Source: Abditibacterium sp. | GTDB lineage: Bacteria > Armatimonadota > Abditibacteriia > Abditibacteriales > Abditibacteriaceae | NCBI GenBank assembly: GCA_965246885.1 | Contig: OZ251992.1 | Coordinates: forward strand, 3,072,001-3,136,000 | Reading direction: 5' to 3' | DNA length: 64,000 nt | Part shown: piece after piece, positions 28,195-38,491 of the stretch | How positions within the stretch are numbered: position 1 is the stretch's first letter | Layout: every line of letters starts with the position of its first letter | Notes under the pieces: generated by a model | The model's input: only the letters and a program-made list of their open reading frames with translations | The model's database searches: none | Told to the model about the DNA's origin: nothing | Made by a program: the position numbers and the translations under genes

Positions 28195-29193
28195 CTACTT
28201 CAAAAGCGTCCGGAACTCGTGGTAACTGACATTGGGGTCGAAGCCGCCTGCGACGCCCTTGACGACGACGGCGATAGCGTCGTGGGAATGGAGGGATTCT
28301 TGGTGGGAACAGACGATTTTGAAGTCGAGAACGCGGGCGTCGCGCTCTAAGGCTTCGTACAAGAGGCGGGCGGCGTCTTCGACGAATTTGAGGTAGGCGC
28401 CGTTGAGTTCGGCGAAGGCTTGCTCGTCCTCGCGCTTGACCATGACCTGCGTTTCGGTTTGCAAGGCGGCCAAGCACATTTCCTGCAAATCTTCTATCCA
28501 GATGAGCTTGTCGGACTTAACCGACACGCGGGCGACGGAACGCTGGGAGTGCGAGACCGTCGCTTTACCGCGCGTCGCGCGGGCGTGCTCGGCGAGTTCA
28601 AAACTGCATGGGCACGCCGACGAATAGACGAAATCCAAGTGCAAAACCTTGTGAATCTTGTCGTCCGCGTCCATGCTCATCTCCAAAATCACGTCGTAGT
28701 ATTGGAAGCCGGTTAACTCCGAGCGCAAAGAGCGTTGCGGGATGGGATACGAGAAGCGCAGCATCAACTGAGCGCGGAACGACCCCAAGGCGCGCTTGTA
28801 ATCGCGCAGAACAGCTTCCAACGTGTCGAAAGTAAAGTGGTCTTCCCCGGCATGCTCGTAGAAGGTGCGCATGATACGGCTCATATTGATGCCTTTCTTG
28901 CTGGCTTCGAGCGAAACAGTGCCAGTAACGGAGGTTTCCAGTTCCAAAAACTCCCCGGAATCGCGCTTGCGGTAGCGGATGGGCAAGCGGAAGTTGTGGA
29001 TACCGACGCGTTCCAAGGCGACGACGGCGCCGCGCACGCTCATGCCGGTCTGCGGGTCGGGGAGAGCGGCGACGTAAGCGGCGTCAGCGACGAAATCACG
29101 GTCGTAAGCGAAGTCGAGGGCGGGGCGAAGTGGCTCTAAATCGCGCGCGACTTGAGCGGCGACGTCGCTCAGTTGTCCGTTCATCTCGCTCAT
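28195..29193 (-). CDS. folE2: GTP cyclohydrolase IB
   Basis: KGINMSR, SSACPCS, HSQRS, KFVED and ESLHSHDA motifs. Confidence 0.92.
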   Translation of the reverse strand: MSEMNGQLSDVAAQVARDLEPLRPALDFAYDRDFVADAAYVAALPDPQTGMSVRGAVVALERVGIHNFRLPIRYRKRDSGEFLELETSVTGTVSLEASKKGINMSRIMRTFYEHAGEDHFTFDTLEAVLRDYKRALGSFRAQLMLRFSYPIPQRSLRSELTGFQYYDVILEMSMDADDKIHKVLHLDFVYSSACPCSFELAEHARATRGKATVSHSQRSVARVSVKSDKLIWIEDLQEMCLAALQTETQVMVKREDEQAFAELNGAYLKFVEDAARLLYEALERDARVLDFKIVCSHQESLHSHDAIAVVVKGVAGGFDPNVSYHEFRTLLK

Positions 29194-30002
29194 CGCGTCA
29201 CCTCGAAGCCGTTTTTGGCCGTTTCTTGCAGCGCCACCCTTGCGAGGCGGAAGCCTTCTTTCGCTAAGCGCGCGTCCAATATCTCCCAAATCGTGAGCGC
29301 CAAATTCTCGCTGGTGGGCACCTTGTCCCGGAACTCAGGGCAGTCCGTGTTCAGATGCTTGTGGTCAAAGCGGGCGAAGACCTCCTCCTCGACGACCGCA
29401 TCGAGTAGCGCGGGTGGGATGATATACCCCGTTTGCGCGTCGGGCCAGCCCTCGACGGCGACGGTTAAAGCGAAGTTGTGTCCGTGCCCCGCGCGGTTCG
29501 AGCAGATTCCGAAGCGGTCGAGGTTGGCGGCGTCATCCAGTTCGGGGAGCGCCAAACGGTGCGCGGCGGCGAATTCAAATTGGCGGGAAAGAGTCATAGT
29601 GTCAGGGGAAATTTGGACGCACACCCGCGCGCCTTCTTCCAAGCGAAGCGCCGCAAGCGTCGCGCCTTTGACGGCGTGTGGGAACGATTCCCATAGATAA
29701 AGCGCGAGATTCTCCGCCGTCGGGCGCTTATTGGCGAAATATGGCAGAGAATCGGGCAGCCACGCGCCTTCTAAGGGCAACATCAACGCGGATATAAGCG
29801 GTTTTAGCTCGGCGATATTGACGATCATGCCGTCTTCGGGCGATATGGCGCCGGAAAAGGTCAATTCCAGCGCGTAGTTAGCGCCGTGCGGCCCGCAATC
29901 GCGCCCAAAAGCCGCACGGTTGCCCGCCGCGTCCCAGTCGGGATGGAACAGGCGACGGCCCAGCGAAAACGCCGCGCGGCGCGACAGGAACACGGTAGGC
30001 AT
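29190..30002 (-). CDS. Two-domain 6-pyruvoyl-tetrahydropterin / 6-carboxytetrahydropterin synthase
   Basis: Two PTPS domains; F.AAHRL, C....GHGHN, DHKHLN and PT.EN motifs. Confidence 0.88.
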   Translation of the reverse strand: MPTVFLSRRAAFSLGRRLFHPDWDAAGNRAAFGRDCGPHGANYALELTFSGAISPEDGMIVNIAELKPLISALMLPLEGAWLPDSLPYFANKRPTAENLALYLWESFPHAVKGATLAALRLEEGARVCVQISPDTMTLSRQFEFAAAHRLALPELDDAANLDRFGICSNRAGHGHNFALTVAVEGWPDAQTGYIIPPALLDAVVEEEVFARFDHKHLNTDCPEFRDKVPTSENLALTIWEILDARLAKEGFRLARVALQETAKNGFEVTR

Positions 30003-30077
30003 AGGAGCAACAGTGCAGTGTGGACGGTTCACCGGCAGGGGCGGACGGCTCACCCGCGCGGGCGAACCGGTGACGCG

Positions 30078-30231
30078 CATAATTCTTCCGGCCACCGGGT
30101 TAATTCTTTCGACGACACGCATAGTTTTCCTTTCCACCGGGCGAATTCTTCAATTAGCACAGCTAATTCTTCGCTTCGCCGGGTTAGTTCTTCCGACGAT
30201 GCGGTTAATTCCCGCGCCAGTTAGCTAATTA
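30078..30231. repeat. Degenerate 21-bp-period array (about 8 units, core ARTTY)
   Basis: AATTC/AGTTY at 30081, 30102, 30123, 30144, 30165, 30186, 30207 and about 30227. Confidence 0.75.
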
Positions 30232-30437
30232 TTTTGCCGCCGCGACCCGGCGAGCGGTTGGCACACGTGGCTGAAACGCTCGCTTGCCAATGGCACTCTT
30301 TACATTTAACCGTACAAAAGCTGCCCTTGGGGCGCAACTTTTGGCGCGGCGCTTGCATTATGCTCGGCGTCCGCACCCAACAGGCGATTCTCCACCCCCC
30401 AGACACGCCACAAGCGCGACTTTTCCGCGAGGTTCAT

Positions 30438-31655
30438 ATGTCACTATCACTTGCAGGCGTGGCGTCGCCTTCCTATCCGCTCATCGTGTTTTGCCACCTG
30501 CGCTGGGACTTCGTCTGGCAGCGCCCCCAGCAGTTCCACTCCCGGCTCGCCAAACGGCACCGCGTTCTGTTTGTCGAAGGCCCACTCGTGGACGCGGGCG
30601 ACTTCGAGCCGTATTACACCCTGCGCGCTGTGCCCGAACACCCCGGCGTAACCGTCATGCAGATGCACTTCTCGGAAGTCGCGTGGGGACGCGGCGGGGA
30701 ATACGTGGACGGGATGCGCCGCACCCTCTTAGACCAAGCCCTCGCCACCGACCTCAAGGGCCGCTTCGAGGCGCCCGTCGCTTGGTTCTACGACCCGATG
30801 GCTGTTGAGTCGCACCTCGGACAGCACGGCGCCGTCGCCACCGTTTACGATTGCATGGACGAATTGTCAAAGTTCCGCTTTGCGCCGCCCGAACTCATCG
30901 CCCGTGAGCGCCGCTTGCTCCTCAACGCCGATGTCGTTTTCGCCGGTGGTCGCAAAATGGCGCAATCGAAGCGCCGTTACAATACGAATGTCCACTTCTA
31001 CGGTTGCGGCGTGGATGTCGCCCATTTCGGCAAAGCGCGCGCCTCGTCCACTCCCATCCCCGACGACATCAAGGGCATCGAAGGCAAAGTCTTGGGCTAC
31101 TTCGGCGTCGTGGATGAGCGCTTGGATTACGATCTGCTCGCAGGCTTGGCCGACGCTAACAGCGACTGGCACGTCGTCATGATCGGCCCGACCGCCAAAG
31201 TCAACCCCGCCGAGTTTCCGCAGCGCCCAAACCTCCATTGGCTCGGAGGCCGCGATTACTCGCTCCTCCCCGCTTACACCAAGCGCTTCGACATCGCGCT
31301 TATGCCCTTCGCGCTCAACGAAGCGACGGAATACATTAACCCGACCAAGGCCCTCGAATACATGGCGACGGCAACGCCGATCATTTCGACGCCCGTGCCG
31401 GACGTGGTTTCCAACTTTGCCTCGGTCTGCAAAATTTCAAAGAGCGGCTCTGAGTTTATTCAGTTGGCCTGCGAGCAAGCGGCGCAAGTGGATCAAGTCG
31501 CCGTTGAGCGCGGCATCAAAATGGCGTCGGAGAATACGTGGGAAGCCATCGTCGCCAAAATGGAAGGCCATATCAGTGACGTGTTCAGTCGCCGCGCCGA
31601 AGTGCAAGCGCGCGTTAGAATCCCCGTTTCCTACCCCGTCGCCACCGCCGCTTAA
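30438..31655 (+). CDS. GT-B glycosyltransferase associated with UDP-galactopyranose mutase
   Basis: HLRWDFVWQRPQ, YDCMDEL, GYFGVVDERLD and NPTK.LEYMA motifs. Confidence 0.9.
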   Translation: MSLSLAGVASPSYPLIVFCHLRWDFVWQRPQQFHSRLAKRHRVLFVEGPLVDAGDFEPYYTLRAVPEHPGVTVMQMHFSEVAWGRGGEYVDGMRRTLLDQALATDLKGRFEAPVAWFYDPMAVESHLGQHGAVATVYDCMDELSKFRFAPPELIARERRLLLNADVVFAGGRKMAQSKRRYNTNVHFYGCGVDVAHFGKARASSTPIPDDIKGIEGKVLGYFGVVDERLDYDLLAGLADANSDWHVVMIGPTAKVNPAEFPQRPNLHWLGGRDYSLLPAYTKRFDIALMPFALNEATEYINPTKALEYMATATPIISTPVPDVVSNFASVCKISKSGSEFIQLACEQAAQVDQVAVERGIKMASENTWEAIVAKMEGHISDVFSRRAEVQARVRIPVSYPVATAA

Positions 31656-31715
31656 CGCGGTTACCTTCCGGGACATGGCAACGGTGCCATGTCCCTTTTC
31701 GTTTGTCATACCACA

Positions 31716-32819
31716 ATGTTCGATTATCTTATCGTGGGCGCCGGATTTTCGGGCGCCGTCATCGCGGAGCGGCTGGCTTCGCAACAAGGCAAGAAGTGCT
31801 TGGTCGTTGACCGTCGCAACCACATCGCGGGCAACGCCTACGACCACTACGACGACGCGGGCGTGCTGATTCATAAGTATGGCCCGCACATCTTTCACAC
31901 CAACTCCAAAGATGTCTTCGACTACTTGTCCAACTTCACGCAGTGGCGCCAATATCAGCACTGGGTCAAAGCCTGCGTGGATGGGCAGATGGTACCCATG
32001 CCCATTAACCTCGACACCATCAACATTCTCTACGGCCTGAACTTGAACTCCATGCAAGTGGACGAATTCTTTCAATCCCAAGCGGAAAAGGTGGAGCAAA
32101 TTAAGACCTCAGAAGACGTCGTTGTTTCCAAGGTCGGGCGTGAGCTTTACCAGAAATTCTTCCAAGGTTACACGCGCAAACAGTGGGGCCTCGATCCATC
32201 GGAGTTGGATGCGTCCGTCACCTCGCGCGTTCCCACGCGCACCAACCGCGACCCGCGCTACTTCACCGATACGTATCAGGCCATGCCCGCACACGGCTTC
32301 ACGCGCTTGTTCGAGAAGATGCTTGACCACCCCAACATTAGTATCATGCTCAATACTGACTACCGCGACGTATTGGAATATATCCCCTACAAAAGCATCG
32401 TTTATACCGGCCCCATTGACGAGTTCTTCGGCTTCAAATACGGCAAGCTCCCCTACCGCTCCATCAATTTCAAGCACGAGACGCACCAGACGGAGAAGTA
32501 TCAGGACGCGCCCGTCGTCAATTACCCGAACGACTACGCTTATACCCGTATTACCGAGTTCAAGTATCTGACGGGCCAAGAACACGCGAAGACGTCCATT
32601 GTCTATGAGTTCCCAACCGGCGAAGGCGACCCGTATTATCCCATTCCACGCCCCGAAAACGCTGAACTTTACAAGCAATACCAAGCCTTGGCGGAAGAGC
32701 AAAAGAACGTTTGGTTCGCCGGACGCCTCGCCACTTATAAATACTACAACATGGATCAGTGCGTCGCCCAAGCTCTCACGGTCTACAAGAAAATTGTCGC
32801 CGCCGAGTTGGAAAGTTAA
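31716..32819 (+). CDS. glf: UDP-galactopyranose mutase
   Basis: GAGFSG, YGPHIFHT, PYYP and GRLATYKYYNMDQ motifs. Confidence 0.96.
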   Translation: MFDYLIVGAGFSGAVIAERLASQQGKKCLVVDRRNHIAGNAYDHYDDAGVLIHKYGPHIFHTNSKDVFDYLSNFTQWRQYQHWVKACVDGQMVPMPINLDTINILYGLNLNSMQVDEFFQSQAEKVEQIKTSEDVVVSKVGRELYQKFFQGYTRKQWGLDPSELDASVTSRVPTRTNRDPRYFTDTYQAMPAHGFTRLFEKMLDHPNISIMLNTDYRDVLEYIPYKSIVYTGPIDEFFGFKYGKLPYRSINFKHETHQTEKYQDAPVVNYPNDYAYTRITEFKYLTGQEHAKTSIVYEFPTGEGDPYYPIPRPENAELYKQYQALAEEQKNVWFAGRLATYKYYNMDQCVAQALTVYKKIVAAELES

Positions 32820-32824
32820 ACGAA

Positions 32825-32851
32825 CGCCCCGCAAGTTCTGCTTGCGGGGCG
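32825..32851. terminator. Hairpin between convergent glf and cysJ-like genes
   Basis: CGCCCCGCAAG-TTCTG-CTTGCGGGGCG. Confidence 0.6.
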
Positions 32852-32861
32852 TCGCTCTGTC

Positions 32862-34007
32862 TCAATACACGTCGCGGTGGTAGCGGTGCTCCTTTTTCAT
32901 GGCCTCGACGTAGGCCGCCGCCTCGTCACCCGATTTGCCGCCGAAGCGCTCGATGACTTGATGGAGTGCGGCGTCCACGTCTGCAGCCATGCGGGTTTTG
33001 TCGCCGCAGACGTAAAAAACGCCGCCTTCGTCGAGCCACTGCCAGAACTGCGCGCCCTCTTCCATGATGCGGTGCTGAACGTAGATTTTGTGCGCTTGGT
33101 CGCGCGAGAACGCCGTCGAAAGTTTGGACAAAGAGCCGTCTTGGAGCGCGGCGTGCCATTCCTCTTCGTAGAAGAACTCGCTCGCTTGGTGTTGCTCGCC
33201 GAAAAAGAGCCACGCTTTTCCTTTGGCGCCGGTCATGCGGCGCTCCTCGACGAACGCGCGAAAGGGCGCGACGCCGGTGCCGGGGCCACAGAAGATGACC
33301 GGCACGTCGGCGTCGGGCGCGGGCAAGCGGAAGCGCTTGTTGGGCTGGATGTAGACGGGGATACGGGTGTGGTCTTCCAAGCGGTGCGCCAGCCATGTCG
33401 AAGCGACGCCGCCACGCTCGCGCCCGTGCGAGTTGTATTTGACAGTCGCAACGGTTAAGTGGACTTGTTCGGGGTGCGCTCGCAGGCTGGAGGAGATGGA
33501 GTACAAGCGCACTTGAAGCGGCTTGAGTAGCGGCAGTAGCGTTTCGGCGGAAAAGGAAATCTCCGGGTGTTCCGACAAAATGTCCAGCACGTCGCGGCCA
33601 TACAGATACTCGGCTTTGCGGACGGGGTCATTCATCGCGGCCTCGAAGGAGGATCCGGGCGCTTCGCGTTTGATGGCGTCGAGCAGTTTGGGGCCGGGTT
33701 CGGTGATGGTGAGGTCGTTGCTGAGGGCGTCGAAGAGCGTCTTGTCGCCAAGGGCGCCGTCGTCGGAACGCGCGCCCAAAAAGCCGATGAGCGAAGCGAC
33801 GAGTTCCGGGTCGTTTTGCGGTTGCAACGCGAGCGAGTCGCCGGGTTCGTATTCGATGCCGGAGCCAGAAAGGTCTATCTCGAAGTGGCGCGTGTCTTTG
33901 CCCGATCCGGGCTTGGTGAGCAGTTCCATACGCGCCAAGCGGGCCATGAACGGGTTCTTGCGGTTGGGTTGCGCGGCGGCAGGGGCGACGGGTGAAGCGG
34001 AGTTCAT
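32862..34007 (-). CDS. Sulfite reductase flavoprotein-like protein (CysJ FAD/NADPH domains only)
   Basis: RLYSISS, GVAST, GPGTGVAPFR, AFSRDQ, YVCGD and Y.RDVY motifs. No flavodoxin domain. Confidence 0.85.
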   Translation of the reverse strand: MNSASPVAPAAAQPNRKNPFMARLARMELLTKPGSGKDTRHFEIDLSGSGIEYEPGDSLALQPQNDPELVASLIGFLGARSDDGALGDKTLFDALSNDLTITEPGPKLLDAIKREAPGSSFEAAMNDPVRKAEYLYGRDVLDILSEHPEISFSAETLLPLLKPLQVRLYSISSSLRAHPEQVHLTVATVKYNSHGRERGGVASTWLAHRLEDHTRIPVYIQPNKRFRLPAPDADVPVIFCGPGTGVAPFRAFVEERRMTGAKGKAWLFFGEQHQASEFFYEEEWHAALQDGSLSKLSTAFSRDQAHKIYVQHRIMEEGAQFWQWLDEGGVFYVCGDKTRMAADVDAALHQVIERFGGKSGDEAAAYVEAMKKEHRYHRDVY

Positions 34008-34163
34008 GCTACTCAATTTAACGAAGCAGGGGGAGTTAAATCAAAGACGAATTGGGAAACACTCCCCGCAGACGCGCCGAGGGGGCAAAGGAAGATGAGG
34101 AAGTTCTTGCCATTCCTTCAACAGACGTTAAAGCGCCGTGCTTATATTGGAACTCTTGTCGTT

Positions 34164-34592
34164 ATGAAGTCAGTCTCCAAACGTAAAGTGCTGTTTGTTT
34201 GCACCCACAATTCGGGCCGTTCGCTGATGGCCAAAGAGATTCTCAATCACCTCTACGGCGACCGTTTTGAAGCGCAAAGCGCCGACTTGCGGCCCGGCCC
34301 TATCAGCCCGATGGTGCATCAAGTTCTCGCAGAGCACTGCATTGACGCCCAGACCGACGAAGCGCCCGCGCTTTTCGATGTCATCCGCACCGACCAAATC
34401 TTCGCCAACGTCGTCACCATTTGCGACGAGAACCTCGCCCGCCCTCCTATCTTCCCCGGCGTGACCGAGCGGCTGGAATGGAAGCTCCCCGACCCCACGA
34501 CCGCCGTCGGCACACCGCAACAAAAGCGCGCCCTCGCTCGGACGGTGCGCGACCGCATCAAGGCCAAAATCGAGAACGAGTTCGGCAACTAA
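34164..34592 (+). CDS. LMW-PTP / ArsC-like protein
   Basis: VLFVCTHNSGRS P-loop, VTICD and W...DP motifs. Confidence 0.85.
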   Translation: MKSVSKRKVLFVCTHNSGRSLMAKEILNHLYGDRFEAQSADLRPGPISPMVHQVLAEHCIDAQTDEAPALFDVIRTDQIFANVVTICDENLARPPIFPGVTERLEWKLPDPTTAVGTPQQKRALARTVRDRIKAKIENEFGN

Positions 34593-34600
34593 GCGGCACA

Positions 34601-34628
34601 AAAGCCCGGCTCAGAGAGCTGGGCTTTT
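34601..34628. terminator. Bidirectional intrinsic terminator
   Basis: AAAGCCCGGCTC-AGA-GAGCTGGGCTTTT between convergent genes. Confidence 0.75.
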
Positions 34629-34643
34629 GTGGTGGTAGCCGGT

Positions 34644-35894
34644 TCAAACCGTCGCGGCTTCTTTGACGCGGTCAATGATGGGTTCGTCGGCGGTGGCTTG
34701 GCTCGTCCAGTGAGAGATGCCGATGTTTTGGAGCGACAGGTCAACGGCGTCGCCGTCGAGTCCCTCTTTTTCGGCGAGTTTCTCGGCGAGGTATCGCTCG
34801 GCTTCGATGGCGGCCATGCAACCCATCCCGGCGGCGGTGATGGCTTGGCGATAGTAATGGTCGGACACATCGCCCGCGACGAAAACGCCGGGAACGTAGT
34901 CCATGCCGCTCATCTTGTGGTTGCAAGCGTTCATCGAAGGCAGGGCGCGCATGTGCTTGTCGCGCTCCAAATAGCCCGCCTCGTCCGTCTTCAGTTGGTT
35001 GTGAAACAACTGGGTGTTGGGCGTGTGACCGATGGCGACGAACACACCGTCTACTGCGAGTTCTTCGCGCGCCCCGTCGCGCGGGTCTTCGAGAACGGCT
35101 TTGGCAAGCACTTCCTTGTCGGCGAAGAACTTGGAAGTTTGGGCGAGCGGGTGGGGCTTGCCGACTAAGTCCACAATGGCGCGGAAGGGGTGAATGTGAA
35201 TGTTGGGGTTCCGTTTGCCGCGCTCGATCATTACTTTGGACGCGCGGAACTCGTCGCGGCGGTGGATGAGATGGACGGTGATGCCCAGATTCGCCAAGTA
35301 AGACGCTTCCTCGAACGCCGAATCGCCGCCGCCCACAACCGCGACCGTCTTGCCCTTGTAGGAGTGCCCGTCGCACGTCGCGCACGTCGAAACGCCGCCG
35401 CCCTGCCCGAAGAACTTATCCTCAGCAGGGATGTTGAGCAGCTTCGCGGCGGCCCCGGTCGCAATGATAAGCGCGCGGGTTTGGAATTCTTTGCCCGACT
35501 CGGTGCGCACCGTATACAATTCGCCGGGGCGCGAGCAGATGTCTATCTCGGTGACGAACTCCTCTAACATCTCCGCCCCGAAGTGCCGCGCTTGCAACTC
35601 CATCTTCGCCATGAGGTGCGGGCCGGACAAGCCCTTCACGTCTTGGATGGCAGCGTCGCGCGCGTCGCCTTCGAGGTAAGCGAGCGTGTCGAGGTCAACC
35701 AAAGTTTCGATGGCGCCGGGGAAGTTCTCGATGTCGGAAGTGGCCATGAGTTGCCCGCCCTTGACGCGCGAGGTCTTCTTGTCGGCGCTTCCGGCGATGA
35801 GAAGCGGGTGCAAGTTGGCGCGCGCCGTATACAGCGCGGCGGTGTAACCGGACGGGCCGGAGCCGATAATAATGACGTTGCGGATGTCGCTCAT
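34644..35894 (-). CDS. trxB: Thioredoxin-disulfide reductase
   Basis: GSGPSG, GGQL, CATCDG, GGGDSA, HRRD and YRQAITAAG motifs; carries insertions and a C-terminal extension. Confidence 0.93.
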   Translation of the reverse strand: MSDIRNVIIIGSGPSGYTAALYTARANLHPLLIAGSADKKTSRVKGGQLMATSDIENFPGAIETLVDLDTLAYLEGDARDAAIQDVKGLSGPHLMAKMELQARHFGAEMLEEFVTEIDICSRPGELYTVRTESGKEFQTRALIIATGAAAKLLNIPAEDKFFGQGGGVSTCATCDGHSYKGKTVAVVGGGDSAFEEASYLANLGITVHLIHRRDEFRASKVMIERGKRNPNIHIHPFRAIVDLVGKPHPLAQTSKFFADKEVLAKAVLEDPRDGAREELAVDGVFVAIGHTPNTQLFHNQLKTDEAGYLERDKHMRALPSMNACNHKMSGMDYVPGVFVAGDVSDHYYRQAITAAGMGCMAAIEAERYLAEKLAEKEGLDGDAVDLSLQNIGISHWTSQATADEPIIDRVKEAATV

Positions 35895-35948
35895 GGTTGT
35901 TAAGTCTACGGACTATGCGCCGTTGTTCGAGTTCCATCGAACAATGGA

Positions 35949-36254
35949 CTAAAGAGAGTTGGGATGCACAACGTGAAAGCCGCGCCACTCATGCGGCTCT
36001 TGGTCGTCCACGATGAAGTGTGGCTTGGGTACAAACGCCTCGAAGCACTCTTCGACGCCGAACTCGCGGGCGCTTTCTCTGGCGTATTCGCCGCCCCCAG
36101 TACTCCAGCAATACAGAGCCGCGCCTCCCTCTTTCAGTTTGTGGATGTGCGCGATGACATTTGGCATTGGGATACGTTTGGTACCGATGCTGCGGACGAA
36201 GGTGTCGTCTACGTCAATGTAAATAATGGATGTTCGCACGGGTAGGAGGCTCAC
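35949..36254 (-). CDS. Small HAD-like protein
   Basis: DVDDT, WSTGG, KP and DD motifs. GTG start overlaps the ndh stop. Confidence 0.7.
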   Translation of the reverse strand: MSLLPVRTSIIYIDVDDTFVRSIGTKRIPMPNVIAHIHKLKEGGAALYCWSTGGGEYARESAREFGVEECFEAFVPKPHFIVDDQEPHEWRGFHVVHPNSL

Positions 36255-37555
36255 GTCGTGGGCGTTTCGTTCACGGTATGCGTAATCAGGCGGGCGGAGC
36301 GGTTGTAGCTTAGATACGAATACATCCATGTCAGGATGACGATGAGGCGGTTCTCGAAGCCAATCAGAAAGTAAATGTGGATGAGGAGCCACATCAGCCA
36401 CGCGATGAAGCCCTTAACGTGGACGCCTTTGGCGACGCCGACGGCGGAGTTGCGGCCGATGGTGGCGAGCATGCCCCGGTCGTCGAAGCCAAACGGGGTG
36501 GGCGCGGCGTGCGGGTCTTCGAGCAGTTGCTTGATGCGCTTGCCCATGTAAACGCCTTGCTGAATGGCGACGGTGGCGATGCCGGGAAGCGCGGGGCCGC
36601 CATGTTCGTAGTGGGCGAGGTCGCCGATGACGAAGGCTTCGGGGTGGCCGGGCAAGGAGCAGTCGGCGTTCACGACGACGCGCCCACCTTTATCGGTGTC
36701 GCCGCCCAGTTTTTTGCCCAAGGGCGAGGCTTGCACGCCCGCGCCCCATATGACGGTCTTGGCGGGGATGAAGTCGTCCCCGACGAAAACGCCGTCTGCG
36801 GTGATGTTCGTCACGCGCTTGCCCAAGCGGATTTCGACGTTCATCCGCTTGAGTTGGTCGTAAGCCGAGTCGGATAGGTCGCGGGGGTAGTCGGGCAGGA
36901 TGCGGTCGCCGGACTGGACGAGGATGACTTTGGCGTGCGTCGGGTCAATGGAGCGAAAATCGCCTTTGAGGGTTTGGCTGGCGATTTCGCGGATGGCGCC
37001 CGCCATCTCGACGCCGGTCGGCCCTCCGCCGATGCACACGAAAGTCAGATAGGCGTCGCGCGCGGCGGAGCCTTCGGCCATCCTTTCGGCAGTTTCGTAG
37101 GCGCACAGAATACGGCGGCGGATGTCGAGGGCGTCCTCGACGGATTTTAGCCCCGGCGCGTGCTGCGCCCACTCGTCGTGGCCGAAGTAAGTTCCCGTCG
37201 CGCCCGCCGCGACGATGAGATAATCGTATTGGTAGTCGCCGTCTCGGAGCATGACGCGCTTGCCGTTTTGGTCTATATCGCTGACTTCGCCCAACACGAC
37301 GCGCACGTTTTTAAAGCGGCGCAGGATGGAGCGGATGGGCGAGGCGATGTCGCCTTCGGACAGCGCCGCCGACGCGACCTGATACAGCAAGGGCTGGAAC
37401 AGGTGGTAGTTCTCGCGGTCAATGACGGTGATGTCAACGGGCAACTTGGCGAGGTGGCGCGCGGCGTAGATGCCGCCAAAACCGCCGCCAATAATGACGA
37501 TGTGCGGGCGCGGGCCGGAAGTTTTAGGGGTGGTAGACGAAAGCGGTTCGGGCAT
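36251..37555 (-). CDS. ndh: Type II NADH:quinone oxidoreductase
   Basis: GGGFGG, HLFQPLLYQVA, GGGPTGVE.AG and IGD motifs. Confidence 0.92.
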   Translation of the reverse strand: MPEPLSSTTPKTSGPRPHIVIIGGGFGGIYAARHLAKLPVDITVIDRENYHLFQPLLYQVASAALSEGDIASPIRSILRRFKNVRVVLGEVSDIDQNGKRVMLRDGDYQYDYLIVAAGATGTYFGHDEWAQHAPGLKSVEDALDIRRRILCAYETAERMAEGSAARDAYLTFVCIGGGPTGVEMAGAIREIASQTLKGDFRSIDPTHAKVILVQSGDRILPDYPRDLSDSAYDQLKRMNVEIRLGKRVTNITADGVFVGDDFIPAKTVIWGAGVQASPLGKKLGGDTDKGGRVVVNADCSLPGHPEAFVIGDLAHYEHGGPALPGIATVAIQQGVYMGKRIKQLLEDPHAAPTPFGFDDRGMLATIGRNSAVGVAKGVHVKGFIAWLMWLLIHIYFLIGFENRLIVILTWMYSYLSYNRSARLITHTVNETPTT

Positions 37556-37603
37556 GATGGCGCCGCGCGGAGCCGCAACTTGCGTTCCATCCTACTACAA
37601 GCG

Positions 37604-38491
37604 TTAGCGGCAAGCTCCCGGCGTGGCGGTTTGCCCGTCGAACTCGACGGCGCGGCAGGCGGTGGCGGTGGCGGCGTGCTTGTCGGTCGCGGTTAGACGC
37701 CACTCGTTGTGTCCCGTTTGAAGCGGGACGCGGCGCACGAAAGCGCCGTTGCTAAGCACGCGCACGCACTCGTTGCCCAAACAAAGCGCGTCGCCCGCTT
37801 CGGTTTGGCCGGAAAGGATGGCGCTCTTTTGGACGGTGCGCACGTCCACATCGAGCGTGGGGCGCAGTAGGTCGGGGTTGGCCGCGAACGCGGCGGCGTT
37901 ATGGGCGCTTTCGAGCGCGACGCTTCCCCCGTTGCCCGTGACGGCTTCTTTGCCGGGGCGCACGGTCTGGGCGCCCCCGGCGCCGCTCACTTCGACGAAG
38001 CCCTTGTAAACCCCGACGCGGGTTTGACCGCCATTAACTTCGATGCTCCAAACGGTGCCGCGCACGGCGGCGACGGCGCTGGGCGTTTCGATTTGAAAAC
38101 TGGAGCCGGGCGCGAGCGTCTTGACGACGCGCACGAAGACCTTGCCCGCGTCGAGCTTGAACTGGGTCTGCTCGGTTTTGCGCCACGAGTTCGAGGCGGC
38201 GCGGGTGATGGACAGGTGGGTGCTTGGCTCCAACTTCCAGCGCGTGCCGTCGGCCCACGCGAACTCGGCGCGGCCATCGCTCCCGGTTTGGAGTTCGTCG
38301 CCGGTCTTGACGGTTTCGCCGAGGGTGACGGGACTAAACGCGCCTTGGCCACCGCGCCGCAGTTCGACGCGGCCCGACACCGCCTTGGCCGAGGCCAAGC
38401 GCGACACGATGAAAAGCGACTGCGCCATCAAGCAAAACAGCACGATGAGGATCGAAGCGTTGGCGAAAATAATTAGGGCAGGTTTTCTCAT
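37604..38491 (-). CDS. FecR-domain membrane-anchored protein with C-terminal Ig-like domain
   Basis: GDEL.TG.DG.A...ADG and TPSAVAAVRGT motifs. Confidence 0.82.
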   Translation of the reverse strand: MRKPALIIFANASILIVLFCLMAQSLFIVSRLASAKAVSGRVELRRGGQGAFSPVTLGETVKTGDELQTGSDGRAEFAWADGTRWKLEPSTHLSITRAASNSWRKTEQTQFKLDAGKVFVRVVKTLAPGSSFQIETPSAVAAVRGTVWSIEVNGGQTRVGVYKGFVEVSGAGGAQTVRPGKEAVTGNGGSVALESAHNAAAFAANPDLLRPTLDVDVRTVQKSAILSGQTEAGDALCLGNECVRVLSNGAFVRRVPLQTGHNEWRLTATDKHAATATACRAVEFDGQTATPGACR

